The notes beneath the pieces were generated by a model. The model ran no database searches and was not told the origin of the DNA. It saw nothing but the letters and a program-made list of their open reading frames with translations. 64,000 nt of DNA. Source: a virus. This document shows, one piece after another, positions 9,090-18,644 of the stretch. Where the stretch lies: IMG/VR virus record IMGVR_UViG_2872534562_000004, positions 203 through 64,202 of that record. The stretch is one strand, 5' to 3'. Position numbers and translations under genes: made by a program. Each line of letters opens with the position of its first letter. Positions within the stretch are counted from its first letter, which is position 1.

Positions 9090-9932
9090 TCAGCCGAAGT
9101 TCAGGCCCGTCTGGTTCAGCGCGGTCATGCACGCCGGGTTCAGCCAAAGGCACTCTTGGCGCACGGCTGTGCCGCGACCTGCGCTGATTCGGGAGTTCGT
9201 GGAATTCAGCGACCAGCCCTTGAGCTGGTCGTCGTAGATCTCGCTGGGGTAGCCGGACAGCACGACCATTCCTTCCAGCTCGAGCAGTTCGTCCAGAAGG
9301 TCGCGGTGCTGCCCATCGTCCATCTCGTGCCGGTAGTACTGCCGACTGCTGGCGCTGGCGTGCCTGGTGGCGAAGACGTAGGGCGGATCGACGTAGTGAA
9401 GGGTCTCTGGGCCGTCGTGCGCCTTCATCACCTCGATCGCCGGGCGGTTCTCGATGAGGACGCCGGAAAGGCGCTGGCCAATCTCGGCAACCTGCTCCGG
9501 GTACTCCTGCCACAGAGCCTGGGCAGTGCCGTACTGGCGCTTGGTGTCGATGCGGAATCCGGTCCGGCCCTTGGTGGCGCCGGCAGACCCGAAGCCCATC
9601 TGCGCGCGAATGATTGTTCGGCGCGCCTGTTCAACCGGGTCCGCCGTCGGCTCCCATGCACGATCGAACTCGCCACGGGCATACGGTGTGAGGACGAGTA
9701 GGCGGGTCAGCTGCTCGCGCGTCTCCTCGAGCTGGAGCACGCGGAAGAGATTCACGATGTCGCCGTCCAGGTCGTTATAGACCTCGGCGTAGGCCCGCTC
9801 CTTCTGCATCAGCACGCCGGCGGCGCCGCCGAACGATTCGACGTAGCAGGTGTGCGGCGGGAAGTGTCTGATCACCCACGGCGCGAGCCTGAACTTCCCT
9901 CCGTGGTAGCGGATGACTGGGGACTGAATCAT
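9090..9932 (-). CDS. Dam-family DNA adenine methyltransferase
   Basis: RYHGGK, YVESFGGAAGV, EVYNDLD, YVDPPY. Confidence 0.93.
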   Translation of the reverse strand: MIQSPVIRYHGGKFRLAPWVIRHFPPHTCYVESFGGAAGVLMQKERAYAEVYNDLDGDIVNLFRVLQLEETREQLTRLLVLTPYARGEFDRAWEPTADPVEQARRTIIRAQMGFGSAGATKGRTGFRIDTKRQYGTAQALWQEYPEQVAEIGQRLSGVLIENRPAIEVMKAHDGPETLHYVDPPYVFATRHASASSRQYYRHEMDDGQHRDLLDELLELEGMVVLSGYPSEIYDDQLKGWSLNSTNSRISAGRGTAVRQECLWLNPACMTALNQTGLNFG

Positions 9933-10148
9933 GGTTTCTCCAGGTAGAGCGCCGCCGCGCCTCAAGTGCCGTGGCGACCGTTTGTTGGGTATCTATATTT
10001 GATCAACGACCCTTCTAGGGCCGGCGTTTTGGCGGAAGAATTCAATAATTTGTTGAATTAAATCAGCAGGTTGGGTGAAATTGCAGCTTGCGCGGTGCCG
10101 ATGGCGGGAGCACTGTTGCCTCACCACCAACCGAGATGGAGCACCGAG

Positions 10149-10406
10149 ATGCAGAAGTTCATTTTCGAAAGCGAGATCGAAGGTCATGACCGGGCTGACT
10201 GGGATGTGGTGGGCCTCGTGCAGACGCGAGATGACTTCGAGTACGTGGAGGCCTACTGCGCGAACCGGCTTGCGCCATTGGTGAGCGCCATGACGCCTGC
10301 GCCAGACTCAACTCGTCGTGCCCTTCTGGTAATCGTGGAAAAACCCGATGACCCGGAAACGGCGAAGCGCGTGCGGAACCGATACCTCGGCCTGGCCGTC
10401 CAGTAG
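10149..10406 (+). CDS. Antisense moron: small hypothetical protein (85 aa)
   Basis: SD GGAG; AT-rich upstream region 9990-10070. Confidence 0.65.
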   Translation: MQKFIFESEIEGHDRADWDVVGLVQTRDDFEYVEAYCANRLAPLVSAMTPAPDSTRRALLVIVEKPDDPETAKRVRNRYLGLAVQ

Positions 10407-10627
10407 GCCGCCCGCTGCTGACTCCAAGCACCCACTGCGTCAAACACGCGCGCGGCCTGGACTTCGAGAACTGGTATGGCGATTCAGCCGGAATCGATCT
10501 GGTGGTTGAGGGCATCGTTATTTTTCGGTGAACAGGCACTGGACGCCGCCCTGCCTGACGCGGGCGGCCCACGAGGCATGGTTGAATCGCCCACAGGGCG
10601 GCGTCCGGTGCGTGCTTTCTGGGAGAG

Positions 10628-10650
10628 AAAGCGCCCCGGGTGGGGCGCTC
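10628..10650 (-). terminator. Intrinsic terminator after LexA-like gene
   Basis: AGCGCCCC-accc-..GGGGCGCT followed by TTCTCTC on minus strand. Confidence 0.55.
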
Positions 10651-10661
10651 GGCGGGTGGCG

Positions 10662-10871
10662 TTAGAGCGGGCGGATACTGCGCGCCACTTTCGGGTCGCG
10701 CTGGATGTAGCCCTTGTTCTCGAGGGCGGTCAGGCGCTGCTGGATGGCGAACTGGCGGACGCCGGCCTTGGCTGCCAGTTCTGCGACGGTGGGTGCGTAG
10801 CCTTTCTCCGCCCAGAACGCTCGGATGTGCCCGAGCGTTTCGTTCTGCATCGTCGAGGGGGCCGACTTCAC
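10662..10871 (-). CDS. Stand-alone LexA DNA-binding-domain protein
   Basis: [11 protein letters not shown]...[22 protein letters not shown]; no peptidase domain. Confidence 0.85.
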   Translation of the reverse strand: MKSAPSTMQNETLGHIRAFWAEKGYAPTVAELAAKAGVRQFAIQQRLTALENKGYIQRDPKVARSIRPL

Positions 10872-12094
10872 GACAGAACCTCGCGAGATCCGTCTCCCTT
10901 CATCGGCCCGACGATATTCAGCAATTCCATTTCCTCGACCAGACGGGCCGCGCGGTTGTAACCGATCTTGAGTTTGCGCTGGATGGCGGAGATCGAAGCG
11001 CGGCGCGTCTCGCGGACGAAGCGAATGGCTTCCTTCAGTAGCGGGTCGTCACCGGGCCCGTTGGCCTGGGGGACATGGAGGGTCGCGGTGATACCGTCGC
11101 GCATCCCCAGCGCCTTGGTTACGTCGATGCCGGCGCCAGGCTCTGGTTCGGGCTCATTGTGCACACCGTCGACTCCCTGCGGGGACTCTTCGCCGCCCAA
11201 GGCCTCCAGCAGTTGCGGTATGAACTCGCGGAAGGTGAGCATCATCAGGACGAAGCTGGCGTCGGCCTGTGCGAACTCGTCGGAATCCTTACCAGCGTCG
11301 TCCAGTGCCCGCTCCTGCAGCAGGTCGTCGAAGCGGAGGCTGCGGATCACCAGACCCTCGTCGAGTACGAAGTAGAGGTCTTTCTTCCAGGCGAGAGCGA
11401 GCTTGGTGACGCTCTTACCTGAGTCGAGGTGCTGGCGGATCACGTCGCTGGTCAGGTCCTGGTGCTTGGCGGTGATGCTGCCTTGCTCGTCGGTGTCGCG
11501 GAGCAGGGCGCCGTCGCACAGCCAGAAGTCGCCACCCGCATTAGTTTCTTGGCTTCGCAGCCACTCGGTCATGGTTGCCGTCGGCGAAACCTTGGTTGCG
11601 ATCGGTCGGACGGGGAGAGAGCCCAGGGCTTCGCGCAAGGTCGACAGCAGATCCTCGGCGGCCTTCGCCGTGGCGGTGTCCACGATCACCAGGCCTTGCG
11701 CCGGCATGATTGCGGCGAAGGTGCGCTTGCGGCGGGTGAACGCGCGCGGTAGGAGGGTCTGGACGATCTCGTCCTTCAACTGGTCGCGCTCTTTCTTGTA
11801 GACCTTGCGCTGCTGGGTTTCCTCGATCTCTTCGACCTTCTCCTTCAGTGCGTCGTTGACCACGCTGCCAGGCAGGATCTTCTCCTCCTTGCGGCAGCAG
11901 ATCAGCCAGAATCCGTTCGCCTCGCGTACCAGCGGTGCGTCACCCTTGCCGACCGGCGGCGCGAAGCCGTAGGTGGTCAACTCCTGGGAGGCGCAGGGGC
12001 GCGCTGGTTTGCTCGCCAGGGCACTTTCCAGAGCGCTGGCCGTTGTGTCGATGGGTTGGGTGAGGCGGTAGATCAGTAGGTTGCGGAACCACAT
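10868..12094 (-). CDS. rdgC: Recombination-associated protein RdgC fused to FtsK-gamma domain
   Basis: [11 protein letters not shown]...[10 protein letters not shown]...LLPRAF; C-terminal [25 protein letters not shown]. Confidence 0.95.
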   Translation of the reverse strand: MWFRNLLIYRLTQPIDTTASALESALASKPARPCASQELTTYGFAPPVGKGDAPLVREANGFWLICCRKEEKILPGSVVNDALKEKVEEIEETQQRKVYKKERDQLKDEIVQTLLPRAFTRRKRTFAAIMPAQGLVIVDTATAKAAEDLLSTLREALGSLPVRPIATKVSPTATMTEWLRSQETNAGGDFWLCDGALLRDTDEQGSITAKHQDLTSDVIRQHLDSGKSVTKLALAWKKDLYFVLDEGLVIRSLRFDDLLQERALDDAGKDSDEFAQADASFVLMMLTFREFIPQLLEALGGEESPQGVDGVHNEPEPEPGAGIDVTKALGMRDGITATLHVPQANGPGDDPLLKEAIRFVRETRRASISAIQRKLKIGYNRAARLVEEMELLNIVGPMKGDGSREVLS

Positions 12095-12120
12095 GGTGCT
12101 GTCTCCGGGCGGCCCGGCGC

Positions 12121-12624
12121 TCAGACGATGCGCCAGAGCCTGCGGTAGGGGTTGTCGAAGGGGATGTCGTCGTCGTAGCTGTCGTAGTCGGTCGCCGGTT
12201 GCGGCTGGTGGTGAGTGGTCGGCCGCGGTGGCGGCTCGCGGCCAGGGCCAGGGCCACGCGCCTGGCCTGCCTGCTCAGGCTTGCCGCCGAGCAGTTGCAT
12301 GTTGCCGTTGATGTCGACCACTACCTCGGTGCTGTAGTGGTCCTGGCCGTCCTGGCCCTGCCACTTGCGGGTGCGTAGGCTGCCTTCGATGTAGACCTGG
12401 GAGCCCTTTCGCAGGTATTGCGCTGCGATTTCGGCCAGCCGGCCAAAGAGCACGACCCGGTGCCACTCGGTGCGCTCCTGCTGCTGGCCGGTCTGCTTGT
12501 CTTTCCAGCTTTCGCTAGTGGCCAGACTGAGGGAGGTGACCGCCTTTCCGCCCGGGGTAGATCTTGCGTCTGGATCCTGGCCCAGATGGCCGACCAGGAT
12601 TACCTTGTTCACTCCGCGTGCCAT
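12121..12624 (-). CDS. ssb: Single-stranded DNA-binding protein
   Basis: [18 protein letters not shown]...TEWHRVV...DDDIPF. Confidence 0.97.
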   Translation of the reverse strand: MARGVNKVILVGHLGQDPDARSTPGGKAVTSLSLATSESWKDKQTGQQQERTEWHRVVLFGRLAEIAAQYLRKGSQVYIEGSLRTRKWQGQDGQDHYSTEVVVDINGNMQLLGGKPEQAGQARGPGPGREPPPRPTTHHQPQPATDYDSYDDDIPFDNPYRRLWRIV

Positions 12625-12627
12625 GGC

Positions 12628-13233
12628 TCAGGCCTCCGCCTCAGCCGGCGGCACCGAACTGGCCGGCGCCACATCGACTCCCTGCAAAGCGAAGTAGATG
12701 CGGGCGCAGGCTTGGGCGTCCGGCATCGCGCGGTGAGCCTCCACCAGGTCCTCCCCGGTGAAGTGCTTGTATGCCTCGGCCAAGGTCGGCAGCTTGTTGC
12801 GGGGAAGCGCGACCTGTGCGCGGGAGCGATAGCAGGTGCAGAACTTCTCACCCGATTCCTTGAAGGCGTTGGCCGCATCCTCGTCCTGGTAGCGCATCAG
12901 CGCGATGCGAGTGATACGGTCGTCGAAGCTGATGTTGTGCGCCGCGCGGCGGGCTGCGCGGCCGTTGATCGCAAGAAAGCCCTCCAGAGCCTCGGCCTCG
13001 CTGATGCCAACATCCATCGCCTGTTCGTGGCTGATGCCGTGGATCGCTGTCATTTCGGGGGTGATTTCCCAGCCGTTGGGTCGCACGATCGCCTCAAAGC
13101 GATCGATGGTGTTGCCGGCGGCATCGCAGAGCAGAGCGGCAACTTCTACGATGTGGGGCTGGCACGGGTCTTCACTGGGCAACTTCCACTCGGGAATACC
13201 CGTCGTTTCGAAGTCGAAAATGTTGGTGAGCAT
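12628..13233 (-). CDS. DnaQ-like DEDDh 3'-5' exonuclease
   Basis: FDFETTG, AHNISFD, AHRAMPDA. Confidence 0.92.
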   Translation of the reverse strand: MLTNIFDFETTGIPEWKLPSEDPCQPHIVEVAALLCDAAGNTIDRFEAIVRPNGWEITPEMTAIHGISHEQAMDVGISEAEALEGFLAINGRAARRAAHNISFDDRITRIALMRYQDEDAANAFKESGEKFCTCYRSRAQVALPRNKLPTLAEAYKHFTGEDLVEAHRAMPDAQACARIYFALQGVDVAPASSVPPAEAEA

Positions 13234-13362
13234 GGTCTGTCCTCAGTGGTTGGGCATCAGGCTGCGCGCTCGATGAACGCGCACCCGGATGCCGCACCGG
13301 CGGCGGGCGCCGGCGCAGGCGGTTCGGAGGGATAGGGAGTCGGGGGCAGGCGGAGGGAATGG

Positions 13363-14379
13363 TCAGGCTGCTTTCGCGGGTGACTTCTCGACGATCACGC
13401 CCGGCAGATTCAGCGTTTGGCCCTTGCTGTTGGCCAGGCTGTCCAGTGCCGGCTGGTCGACAACGAGCAAGTCCTCGGTGGCCAGGCCTTCGGCGATGGC
13501 GGCGATGAACGCGGTTTTATCGACGACGCGGGCGCGCCACTGGGTAGCGCTGGGCTCTGCTGCCTTGCCGGCGGGCTTGATCTGGGCGGGCGCTGGTGCA
13601 ACCTCGGCCTTCGGCGCCTCCGGCTCGACAGCGACGGGCGTGTCCTGCTCGGCGAGCTGCTGGCGCGCGGCGGCAAGCTCCTGCTGCTGGCGCGCCAGTT
13701 CTTCGCGTTGGCGTTGCATTTCCTCTTGCTGCCGGCGCATTTCCGCCTGTTGCTCCTCCATGCGGCGGCGCATTTCGGCTTGCTGGGCTTCCAACTCCTG
13801 CCGCTGGCGCTCCGCTTGCTCGAAGGCCAGGCGGTCGGTCAGCATTTGGGTCAGTTCGTCCATGGCCGTCTGCTGTGCGGCTTGGGCTTCCTTCGTCAAG
13901 TCGTAGAAGTCGTGTGCTGTGTCGATTTCGCCACAGCGGTCGATCATCGCGGCAATCTCGTCGCTGGTCTTGCCGCGTACCTGGGCCGGCATCCCTTTGA
14001 TGGCGTCGACCTTCGACAGCAGGCGTGCGATCCGTTCCTGGCGCTCGCGTTCGACGCGATCGTCGACCTCCTTCTTGGCGGCCTTCATCGGATCTTCCAA
14101 CGTCACCAGTGCGGCGGTGATCCGCTTCGCCTCGGCGTCGATGATCTGGCCTGCCTCGATGTAAGGCGCCTTTTCACGCTTGCGAGCGGCTTCCAGGCTG
14201 GTGCGCAGTGTGGTCAATTCCTTGATACCGGCCTTGATGAACTCGTAGCCATCGGCGGTATTGGCGTCCGGCAGCGTCGCGTACTTCTCGCGAAGTTTTG
14301 CCAGGGCGGCGTTGGTTGCGTTGTACTCGGCGACCTCGACGGTACCGTTTTCCAGGTCAACATTTTTCAGGATGGTCAT
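13363..14379 (-). CDS. Coiled-coil recombination-module protein
   Basis: Long helical Q/E/R-rich stretch; lies between annealase and exonuclease. Confidence 0.75.
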   Translation of the reverse strand: MTILKNVDLENGTVEVAEYNATNAALAKLREKYATLPDANTADGYEFIKAGIKELTTLRTSLEAARKREKAPYIEAGQIIDAEAKRITAALVTLEDPMKAAKKEVDDRVERERQERIARLLSKVDAIKGMPAQVRGKTSDEIAAMIDRCGEIDTAHDFYDLTKEAQAAQQTAMDELTQMLTDRLAFEQAERQRQELEAQQAEMRRRMEEQQAEMRRQQEEMQRQREELARQQQELAAARQQLAEQDTPVAVEPEAPKAEVAPAPAQIKPAGKAAEPSATQWRARVVDKTAFIAAIAEGLATEDLLVVDQPALDSLANSKGQTLNLPGVIVEKSPAKAA

Positions 14380-14383
14380 GGTG

Positions 14384-15139
14384 TCATTCCTCGGGGCTGG
14401 TAGGAGCGGGGGAAAGCTGGCGCAGGCGCTCATCGGCGGCTTCATTCACGCGCAGCTCAATCTCTGAGGGGTTGAAGTTGACGACTGGCGCTTTGGCGCG
14501 GGCCTTCTCGGCGACTTGCTTACGCATTAACTCCAGGGCGCGGGAGTTCGGTGCCGCGGCGATCGCGTCGAGTTGTGCGCGAAGCCAGGTCTTGAATTCG
14601 TCCTTGGCTTCGTCCAGGGCTGTCTCGGGATCGCCGGCATCGGCCAGGCGCTCTTTCAGCTTCAGGCCTTCGACATAGGTCGTGTCGTCGAACATGCCCA
14701 TGTGAATGTCGGCGCTGAACCCGAGGAGTGACAGACACTTCTTGATGGCGTCGGTGAGTGACTTCTTGCCGTAGTCGTGGTCAGTCTTGAAGCCCCACTC
14801 GGTCTTGTAGACGTAGGGGGTGTGCCCGTATTGGCGGGCGTGATTGATCGTCCCGTCGTGGCGATACCAGAGTTCGATGTACAGGGTGTGGGTCTTGTCG
14901 TGGCAGATGACCGCACCGTTCTTATCGAGGTGCGGTGCGCCTTCATCGAAGCGCTCTACCAAGACTTTCCAGCCCCAGCCCTTGCCGACGGGGCCGAATA
15001 GCTCAGTCGCACGACGGACGATATACAAGCCGTTGATGGACGTCATGTCCTGACCGTTGAGCTTCGCCTGCCTTGTGTACCTGGTGTCCGTCTCTTTCAC
15101 CTGGTCCCAGATAGCCATGTTGCTATTCATGTTTGTCAT
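14384..15139 (-). CDS. Rad52/Sak-like single-strand annealing protein
   Basis: RATELFGPVGKGWGW...KKSLTDAIKKCLSLLGFSADIHMG. Confidence 0.8.
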   Translation of the reverse strand: MTNMNSNMAIWDQVKETDTRYTRQAKLNGQDMTSINGLYIVRRATELFGPVGKGWGWKVLVERFDEGAPHLDKNGAVICHDKTHTLYIELWYRHDGTINHARQYGHTPYVYKTEWGFKTDHDYGKKSLTDAIKKCLSLLGFSADIHMGMFDDTTYVEGLKLKERLADAGDPETALDEAKDEFKTWLRAQLDAIAAAPNSRALELMRKQVAEKARAKAPVVNFNPSEIELRVNEAADERLRQLSPAPTSPEE

Positions 15140-15288
15140 GGTGTTGCTCGCTTGACGGCTGCCGGCGCCGTGGCTGGTTGTTCCGCGGTAATCAGTCCGC
15201 CCCAGATCGGGCCTAGGGCGAGAATGAGCAGGAAGAGGAGGCCGCCAATCAGGCCGCCCACCCAGATGGCTTTGCGTTTCGCGTTCAT
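15136..15288 (-). CDS. Small membrane protein
   Basis: MNAKRKAIWVGGLIGGLLFLLILALG; ATGA coupling. Confidence 0.65.
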   Translation of the reverse strand: MNAKRKAIWVGGLIGGLLFLLILALGPIWGGLITAEQPATAPAAVKRATP

Positions 15289-15404
15289 GTCGGGAGCATC
15301 CTGTAGATCAGCCAGCCGTAGAACGGAGCCACCAGGGCCAACACGCCGATGGCCGACGCAACTTCGGTGAGCGCCCGGCGGGCGCCTGTCGCATTTGGCT
15401 TCAT
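15285..15404 (-). CDS. Small membrane protein (39 aa, absent from ORF track)
   Basis: MKPNATGARRALTEVASAIGVLALVAPFYGWLIYRMLPT; ATGA overlaps at both ends. Confidence 0.6.
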   Translation of the reverse strand: MKPNATGARRALTEVASAIGVLALVAPFYGWLIYRMLPT

Positions 15405-15772
15405 GCGGAGGCCCCTCCCTTGGCTTTGTCGATTGCGCTTCGGGCCGCCTCGATCGCAGCAGTTGTGATCGCGTTGCGATGCTGCGGCAGATAGCCGACC
15501 AGCGCGCAGTAGGCCTGCTCCAGGGCGATGAGTAATTCGGGGCCGTAGCTTTCAACGCGCCGCCGTGCTGCGCGCTCCGCCCGCTTGCGGTTGTCGCGCT
15601 CGATTGCAGACTGCGCTTCCTGTTCGGTGGCGTAGAACCTGTACCAGTCAGCGCGCTTCGCGATGCGCGTGCCGTCGGCTCGAACGTAGTAGGCCTTCGT
15701 TTCCCGAACGAACTCACAGCGGCTAGCTGCGTCTCGGCCGGCCCGGACTTGAAAGCGGGTGATTGGATTCAT
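15401..15772 (-). CDS. Hypothetical protein
   Basis: Coupled ORF in early operon. Confidence 0.7.
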   Translation of the reverse strand: MNPITRFQVRAGRDAASRCEFVRETKAYYVRADGTRIAKRADWYRFYATEQEAQSAIERDNRKRAERAARRRVESYGPELLIALEQAYCALVGYLPQHRNAITTAAIEAARSAIDKAKGGASA

Positions 15773-15990
15773 ACCCGAGTGCTCCTGAGTTCTGCCCAGC
15801 GGGCGTCCGACGCGGCGTCGAGCCGGTGGCGCATGTCGTCGTAAATACGGGTGTCGATGAAGCCGACCGCATAGGCCAGTTCAATTTGGCCGTGGACGAA
15901 CTTCTGGTCCGGGCGCGGGAACGGTGATCGGCGCATCGCCGTAATGCCTTCCTCGATCATCAGCACCGCGCGTTCATCGCTGAAGGCCAT
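15769..15990 (-). CDS. Hypothetical protein
   Basis: SD AGGAGG; coupled ORF. Confidence 0.7.
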   Translation of the reverse strand: MAFSDERAVLMIEEGITAMRRSPFPRPDQKFVHGQIELAYAVGFIDTRIYDDMRHRLDAASDARWAELRSTRV

Positions 15991-16123
15991 CGTTGTCCTC
16001 CTGCTCTTCGTCCTCGGGCTCCGGTTCCGGCTGGTCCCAGAGCGGATCGACTTCGCGGTCCCAGGCCTGCTGGGCGCAGTTGAACGCTGCGCGGTTGTGG
16101 CGCTCGCGGTATGTCCACATCAT
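15974..16123 (-). CDS. Small acidic protein
   Basis: MMWTYRERHNRAAF...EPEPEDEEQED. Confidence 0.6.
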   Translation of the reverse strand: MMWTYRERHNRAAFNCAQQAWDREVDPLWDQPEPEPEDEEQEDNDGLQR

Positions 16124-16623
16124 CCCCACCTCGCTGAACTGGTGTAGATCGCTTCCAGGTACTGGTCGCAGATGCGTTTGGCCCGCTCGCACCGGTCAAC
16201 GTCGAAGAGTCCGAAGTGGCATTCGGGCGGCATGATCTGGAGTTCGGCGGCGAGCCAGGCGTAGGCCTGATTGCGGGTCATCAGCTTGTCGCGCCAAATG
16301 CGTTCGAATGGGCGCTTGCAGCGATTGTGAGCGTCGCGCAGCGGCTTGTCGGCCAGCGTTCCCAATGGGACGTCGGTGTCGGGATGCAGGCCCACGTAAG
16401 CGCCGCAGCCCGTGCCAGTGCAGGCGTAGGCATACGGCCAGTCGCCGTACTCTCGGCCGTAGATCACCCGGTTGCTGACCAGACGGACCAAGCCGCCGCA
16501 GTGCGGGCAGCCGGTGGGGATTGGCTGAGGATGCTTGATGCGCTTGAGCGCGCCGCGGCTTACGTGCGGCAGAGGTGCCGGCGGCACCAGTTTCTCCGGG
16601 CTGTTCGCTCGTGGGTCGATCAT
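16120..16623 (-). CDS. DUF3268-family zinc-finger protein
   Basis: CPHCG...YAYAC..CGAYVGLHP...PLGTLAD...CHFGLFD. Confidence 0.85.
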   Translation of the reverse strand: MIDPRANSPEKLVPPAPLPHVSRGALKRIKHPQPIPTGCPHCGGLVRLVSNRVIYGREYGDWPYAYACTGTGCGAYVGLHPDTDVPLGTLADKPLRDAHNRCKRPFERIWRDKLMTRNQAYAWLAAELQIMPPECHFGLFDVDRCERAKRICDQYLEAIYTSSARWG

Positions 16624-16705
16624 TGCGTGTGCTCCGTGGTTCACCTGCATTCGGCAGCACCCGGGCACGACTGCCGTGTGCCTGGGTGCTCTCGAATGGA
16701 GGTTG

Positions 16706-16729
16706 AAAAAAGCCCGGACGGAGCCGGGC
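16706..16729 (-). terminator. Intrinsic terminator after csrA-like gene
   Basis: GCCCGG-ctccgt-CCGGGC-TTTTTT on minus strand. Confidence 0.75.
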
Positions 16730-16750
16730 AAGGGGGGGATGAAAACGGGC

Positions 16751-17122
16751 TCAGGAAACAGCAGTGCAGTTGCGCAGCAGCACCGGCGTGGCCTGACCTT
16801 CTAGCCAGATCACCGCCATGCCGGAGGCGGAAACTTTGGCTTGAGTGAGCGTTCTGGTGCGGATGGGGATGGAGTCGCGGAGCGGACGGTACTCAACGGC
16901 CACCTGGGCCGGGTGCGTGCGATTCCACTCTTCAACCAGGTCTTTGGGTGAGGCGGGCCGGACGGCGCCAACCCGGGCGTAGATCTCGGCGCGATGAATG
17001 GCCATCGCTTCCGGAGCAACGATTCCGAGGCGGATCTGGCCGCCTCTGTTCTCGACGACGGTCACGGTGATGTCGTCGCCAATGTGCAGGGTTTCGCCGA
17101 CTCGGCGAGTGAGGATCAGCAT
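16751..17122 (-). CDS. csrA: CsrA/RsmA-family RNA-binding protein with ~65-aa C-terminal extra domain
   Basis: [23 protein letters not shown]...QIRLGIVAP...IHRAEIY. Confidence 0.92.
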   Translation of the reverse strand: MLILTRRVGETLHIGDDITVTVVENRGGQIRLGIVAPEAMAIHRAEIYARVGAVRPASPKDLVEEWNRTHPAQVAVEYRPLRDSIPIRTRTLTQAKVSASGMAVIWLEGQATPVLLRNCTAVS

Positions 17123-17156
17123 GTGTGCCTCCGTTCAGGATGCTGGGCGCGCGGGC

Positions 17157-17369
17157 TCAGGCCGGCTCGCAGTGGGAAAGGGCAACGCAACCGGACACGC
17201 CAGCGAGCCAGACGACAGCAGTGTGTCCGCCGAGCACCTGGGCTTCGGTTGTCGTCCGGGTGCGCTTCGGCGTGGCGTGGCGATGAAACCGGTAGTTGAC
17301 CTCGGTGCCGGCGGGGTATGCGGAATTCCAGGCAGCAACGGTCGCCGCCGGGTTGGCGTTTCGCTTCAT
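17157..17369 (-). CDS. Small protein paralogous to the CsrA C-terminal extension
   Basis: V..WN..P...V.YR....P.RTRT.T.A.V.....AV.WL.G....V.L..C pattern shared. Confidence 0.75.
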   Translation of the reverse strand: MKRNANPAATVAAWNSAYPAGTEVNYRFHRHATPKRTRTTTEAQVLGGHTAVVWLAGVSGCVALSHCEPA

Positions 17370-17468
17370 TGGATGTCTCTCTTTGGGTGATGGGCTGGTG
17401 ATGCAGTTGCTGGTAGTGGCGATTCGCCCTTGCTAATCTCTGGTCGTCGAGATTTCGGGGCGTTGGCC

Positions 17469-18380
17469 ATGGATGCGAAAAATCTTGTTGTACTTATGCA
17501 ATTGAAAAAAGCTATGCAGGAAAGTGCACAGAAAGAACGTGGTGCGCATATCCCTGGTCAAGGCTTTAGCGAAGAGTCGGAAGAAGTATTTCGAGAGCTA
17601 GCGCGCAGGAATCTTTCTAGGTCAAAGAGTCAAAAGGATTCGGACTCTATTTTTAGACCTGCCAAACACGACTCGACTGCTATAGAAACGAGAGTGACAG
17701 AGGTAGTAAAGTCGGAAAGAGATCGGGCACTTCATCAGCAAAACAACAAGAGAGAAAGGAACCCTACGTTTCGAGGGGTTGAAGTACCCCCTAAGTACTA
17801 CAGGGCTTTGGTTGATGCTGCTTCGAGTTTTAGCACGCGTGATAAGTTGATAAAGATGGAGGCGCTCGCCTACTATCTTGAGAAGGCTCCTGATGATAAA
17901 GGAGCTTTAAATATGTTTGCCCGAATAAGCGCTCTGGAAGATCCTAAACCTTCCAAAAGGCCACGTAAGGCCTATAAAGAAAAAGGGAGTAGAGTAAAAG
18001 CACCTCTTGATATCGAAAAAATTAAATATTCAAACTGTGAGGTGTGTCAGGAGCGCCTGATAGTGACGGAGTTCAGAAAGCCAAGTGCCCGCGTTCTGTG
18101 TGGTAAATGCAGGGCGGAAATGGATGGTAGGAAGAATAAATCTAAGCTCAGAATAGTTGATGAGTCTGTAACGAATAAGAAGATAGCTCAGCTCGAAAAG
18201 TCCATAGCAGCAATGAAGAAGCAAATCGAGGAGTCCGGGGGCGACCTTAGTAGACCTCGCCCCGGGCTAGCAAAGCTAGAACGAGCACTGGAAATCGAAC
18301 GTCTTCATGCGGTTTCCGGGCTGAGTAAACTTCGTTGTAAGATTGTTCCGGGAAGTTATGGGGCCGGAAAGCGGACATAG
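17469..18380 (+). CDS. Antisense low-GC moron: basic protein with zinc ribbon
   Basis: CEVC...CGKC; Lys/Arg-rich; clearly lower GC. Confidence 0.8.
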   Translation: MDAKNLVVLMQLKKAMQESAQKERGAHIPGQGFSEESEEVFRELARRNLSRSKSQKDSDSIFRPAKHDSTAIETRVTEVVKSERDRALHQQNNKRERNPTFRGVEVPPKYYRALVDAASSFSTRDKLIKMEALAYYLEKAPDDKGALNMFARISALEDPKPSKRPRKAYKEKGSRVKAPLDIEKIKYSNCEVCQERLIVTEFRKPSARVLCGKCRAEMDGRKNKSKLRIVDESVTNKKIAQLEKSIAAMKKQIEESGGDLSRPRPGLAKLERALEIERLHAVSGLSKLRCKIVPGSYGAGKRT

Positions 18381-18392
18381 TTAGGGAGTGTC

Positions 18393-18644
18393 CTAGTCGA
18401 GAAAGTGAATTAGTTCGGCGTAAACAGTCTCCACCTGACCATCAGGCCATTCTACTATTGCTATAGGCCATACTTGAATGGTCCCATGCTCAACGCAACT
18501 GTCCGTTGAAAAAGCGTGGAACCATGCTTGGCCACGCTCAATAAGAGTAGGGTGGTCATTGTCAGTATAGTCGCAGCCGGAAACCATTACCTTTCTCAAT
18601 GGTACTCCCCCAATACTAATGCGAGCCTGTTCAGTGATTTTCAT
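18393..18644 (-). CDS. First gene of the leftward early operon, hypothetical (83 aa)
   Basis: SD AAGGAG; low GC; C-terminal AIVEWPDGQVETV..I.FLD. Confidence 0.8.
   Translation of the reverse strand: MKITEQARISIGGVPLRKVMVSGCDYTDNDHPTLIERGQAWFHAFSTDSCVEHGTIQVWPIAIVEWPDGQVETVYAELIHFLD

Noticed and set aside
16670..16679. ACTGCCGTGT matches part of the type I-F CRISPR repeat (possible RNA anti-CRISPR)
   Set aside because: Only 10 nt match; lacks AGGCAG-CTAAGAAA and the repeat hairpin; it is the loop region of a larger stem
1209..18644. Named anti-CRISPR/aca locus
   Set aside because: No small ORF recognisably matched a known Acr or Aca from memory; needs an HMM search
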